Assembly: GCA_947629475.1 (NCBI GenBank)
Contig: CANRDV010000001.1
Span: 1 to 58,743 of the forward strand
From: an uncultured Bacilli bacterium
Lineage (GTDB): Bacteria; Bacillota_I; Bacilli_A; RF39; UBA660
Length of the DNA: 58,743 nucleotides
Direction: 5' to 3'
Shown here one piece after another: positions 56,528-58,743 of this stretch (its first letter is position 1; every line of letters begins with the position of its first letter). The position numbers and the translations under genes are program-made. The notes under the pieces were generated by a model. The model was not told where the DNA came from, did not search any database, and worked only from the letters and a program-made list of their open reading frames with translations.

Positions 56528-58743
56528 CTAAACTCTATTATTCTTTTTACGTTTTGATATTAATAGGAAAGTTGTAATTCCCCAAGCAATAAATAATATT
56601 CCAGCAAAGTAAGGTAAGATAGTACCTAGTTCTCCGGTTTTAGGTAAGGTAATACCTTTTACATTTTGCATTTCTATTTGTTTATCACTAGTAAGAGTAG
56701 ATTTATTATTAACTGCTTTTAATGTATAATTATCAGTATTAGCTCCTTCTTCGATTATTTCATAAGAAGTTCCTTCTTCAATATCCATAATTGTAATTGT
56801 TTGTCCATGAATTAATTTAATAGTTCCTAAATAAGTACCATCAGATTGTTTTGTTAATGTCATTGTACCATCATTTGCTTTGGCAACTCCTTCAGCAAAA
56901 CTTCCTCCTTTATAAGAATAACTTGTATTTAAATTTATACCATTTTTAGGAGTTAATTTAACTTCGAAAGTCCAAGATTTATTTTTATCTCCACTTGTTC
57001 CTTGTACTTCTTTTCTAATTTCTAGGTTTCTATTATTAATCATTTCTATGCGACCATTATTACCAAGATAGTTTGTTACATTTTTATTATTGTAATTACT
57101 TGATGTCATTAAAGTTGCTGTATTAGTTATATTATTAGATTTACTAGTAGTGTAATTTAAATTTTTGTTTTGACTTCCAACTTTTATTGCTACTACAACA
57201 TCACTACCAGGAGCAGTTACTTCTTCTTCAGTATCTTCATTATAATATACTAATGAAAAGTCTGAACCTTTAATAGCAGTTGCATATTGGACTAGATTAG
57301 CTTTACCATCTTCTCCTTTAGTATAATATTCTTTGATGTAATAATAAGTTGCATTTTTATCAATATTTTCTAATTTTGTAATCTTATCAGATAATACTAC
57401 GGTTCCCCCTGTTGCTTTTAAAATTCCTTCATTATTACTATCACCATTTTTACTTGTTTTATAAAGAACTAGGTAATCTTGAGTTAAATAATGTGTATTT
57501 TGTTCAGAAATAGTATAGGTTACTGTAGCATTTCCATAGTTATGAGATTTATCATAGAGATTAGAATATAAATATACATATTCTTTGTTATTTTTTGTTT
57601 CTTTATTTTTGCTTATATAATTACTAGATAGTAAGTCTAAATTAACTTTAGAATATTTATCTAATAAATTGTTTTTAATTCCAACTGTATATAAAATTCG
57701 AAGTGGTAATGAACTAGGTGTGTCTTCATTTGATATATAAGTTGTAACATCTTCTTCATCAGTTTGATAACGTGCTGTTATGATAGGTAAAACTTTATTT
57801 GGTATTTCAACATATAAAGTTTGAGTGTTAGAAGAAGTATTGGTTTCTACCCAAATTTTAATATCATTTATTTTAAATGTAGTTGTAGAATTTACTCTTC
57901 CATCACTTATGTATTCATCATATCCATGATTAGTTATAGAAGTATTGGTGCTAGCTCCATAATAGGTATAAGTTATACCATTTTTTTGGTTACTTTTTTC
58001 AGTTTGAGTAGCTTCTCTTTTGGTAATATTGTATTTTTGACCAAATAGAAGAATGGAATTTACATCTTTTACTTCAAGATAATCACTTATAGGGTCAGTA
58101 TATTTTATAGTAGTATTTGCTTTAATAGGACTTTCTATATAACTATATGATAATAAGTCATTGTAAATTGCAGTATACACTTTAGTTATATTAGCAGAAG
58201 TTGTAGTATAAAATTTTGTTGGATAGTTTAAATCAAGGTCATCCATAGTAACTTTATAAGTATCATTTTCAGGTAATTTATTGAATTTATATTCAGTTGC
58301 TGGTCTACCTAAACTATAAGGACCTGTACTAGTTCCATTATGTCCACTTCTTTTGTCACCTTGAACAGTTAATACATCTAAGTTTCCTTTTTTCCATTCT
58401 AGGTAGTTAGAATATATTTCCTTTAAAATACTTTCTTTAGAATTTATAAAACCAACCTCAGGATTTAAAATAGCATTAGACTTGTCAGAATTTAATCCGA
58501 TCGTATAGACCTTAACACCATCGATAGGGAGATTATAAGCTTTAGCTACAGCACTTTTCCAATAAGCCGCACTTAATACAGATTTTAGAACAACAACACC
58601 TCTAGAAGTAGATACTGAAACATTTGGCTCTAGCGGATCCCACCATTTTCCAGAAGTAGTCACACTTTCTGGTTTTTTATTATAGTCTATTTCTCCGGTA
58701 ACATCACTATCACCTGTATTAGCAAGTATATGATTAGCATCAC
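56528..58743 (-). CDS. LPXTG-anchored large surface adhesin (pilin/Cna-B-like C-terminal domains; 5' end outside the window)
   Basis: C-terminal sorting signal: LPKTGE, hydrophobic helix, then KRKKNNRV. The reading frame stays open to the window edge upstream of the tracked start. Confidence 0.8.
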   Translation of the reverse strand, partial: DANHILANTGDSDVTGEIDYNKKPESVTTSGKWWDPLEPNVSVSTSRGVVVLKSVLSAAYWKSAVAKAYNLPIDGVKVYTIGLNSDKSNAILNPEVGFINSKESILKEIYSNYLEWKKGNLDVLTVQGDKRSGHNGTSTGPYSLGRPATEYKFNKLPENDTYKVTMDDLDLNYPTKFYTTTSANITKVYTAIYNDLLSYSYIESPIKANTTIKYTDPISDYLEVKDVNSILLFGQKYNITKREATQTEKSNQKNGITYTYYGASTNTSITNHGYDEYISDGRVNSTTTFKINDIKIWVETNTSSNTQTLYVEIPNKVLPIITARYQTDEEDVTTYISNEDTPSSLPLRILYTVGIKNNLLDKYSKVNLDLLSSNYISKNKETKNNKEYVYLYSNLYDKSHNYGNATVTYTISEQNTHYLTQDYLVLYKTSKNGDSNNEGILKATGGTVVLSDKITKLENIDKNATYYYIKEYYTKGEDGKANLVQYATAIKGSDFSLVYYNEDTEEEVTAPGSDVVVAIKVGSQNKNLNYTTSKSNNITNTATLMTSSNYNNKNVTNYLGNNGRIEMINNRNLEIRKEVQGTSGDKNKSWTFEVKLTPKNGINLNTSYSYKGGSFAEGVAKANDGTMTLTKQSDGTYLGTIKLIHGQTITIMDIEEGTSYEIIEEGANTDNYTLKAVNNKSTLTSDKQIEMQNVKGITLPKTGELGTILPYFAGILFIAWGITTFLLISKRKKNNRV

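Noticed and set aside
837-58048. Short antisense ORFs in the six-frame track: 837..1022, 1024..1239, 2796..3077, 6682..6918, 8748..8933, 9970..10362, 12398..12586, 13073..13345, 24863..25129, 26515..26721, 37628..37891, 47571..47756, 48464..48649, 48627..48980, 49415..49642, 50189..50410 and 57821..58048.
   Set aside because: All lie inside or opposite well-supported longer genes. They lack ribosome-binding sites and have the low-complexity Phe/Ile/Leu/Ser composition expected of shadow frames in AT-rich DNA.
1-58743. Scanned for CRISPR arrays, tRNA or rRNA genes and prophage-like integrase or att structures.
   Set aside because: No regularly spaced direct repeats, no cloverleaf-like GC-rich segments and no integrase/recombinase ORF were seen. 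The only mobile elements supported are the two IS copies.

Overview
This is a very AT-rich Bacillota-type chromosome segment. TGA is used as a stop codon, so it is not code 4. I saw no rRNA, tRNA or CRISPR array. Most of the window is conserved housekeeping: rpsF-ssb-rpsR, rplI-dnaB, an M23 peptidase, walJ-like MBL hydrolase, rlmH, ung, cysS-mrnC-rlmB-sigH-like, an ecfA/ecfA/ecfT-position block with truA, uvrB, fhs and an HtrA-like protease. Accessory material interrupts it. The most interesting region is 36.6-45.0 kb. The space between the uvrB upstream region and a small structured RNA plus the fhs 3' end holds two different cargos in tandem. They are separated by a chimeric junction made of a 3' fhs fragment fused to a 5' uvrB fragment. 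Cargo 1 is a transglutaminase-like gene. Cargo 2 (38820-44563, minus strand) is a translationally coupled three-gene operon: a 388-aa protein with no motif I recognise, a 574-aa protein with two HKD (phospholipase-D nuclease) motifs, and a roughly 960-aa SNF2/SF2 helicase. The helicase is split by a single-base frame change in an A7 run. There is no methyltransferase and no DrmA/DrmB-like gene. I rate this operon as the best candidate for an uncharacterised defence system. Other accessory features are two ISLre2-like IS elements with perfect inverted repeats and 8-bp target duplications, an Abi_2 (AbiD/F-like) gene, a tandem type I toxin-antitoxin-like locus, three tandem paralogous genes downstream of an LPXTG adhesin, three orphan genes where gdpP normally precedes rplI, catalytically degenerate ECF ATPase-like and histidine-kinase-like genes, and a D-Asp ligase/racemase pair. 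Coordinates of non-ORF features were read by eye and may be off by 1-2 nt.
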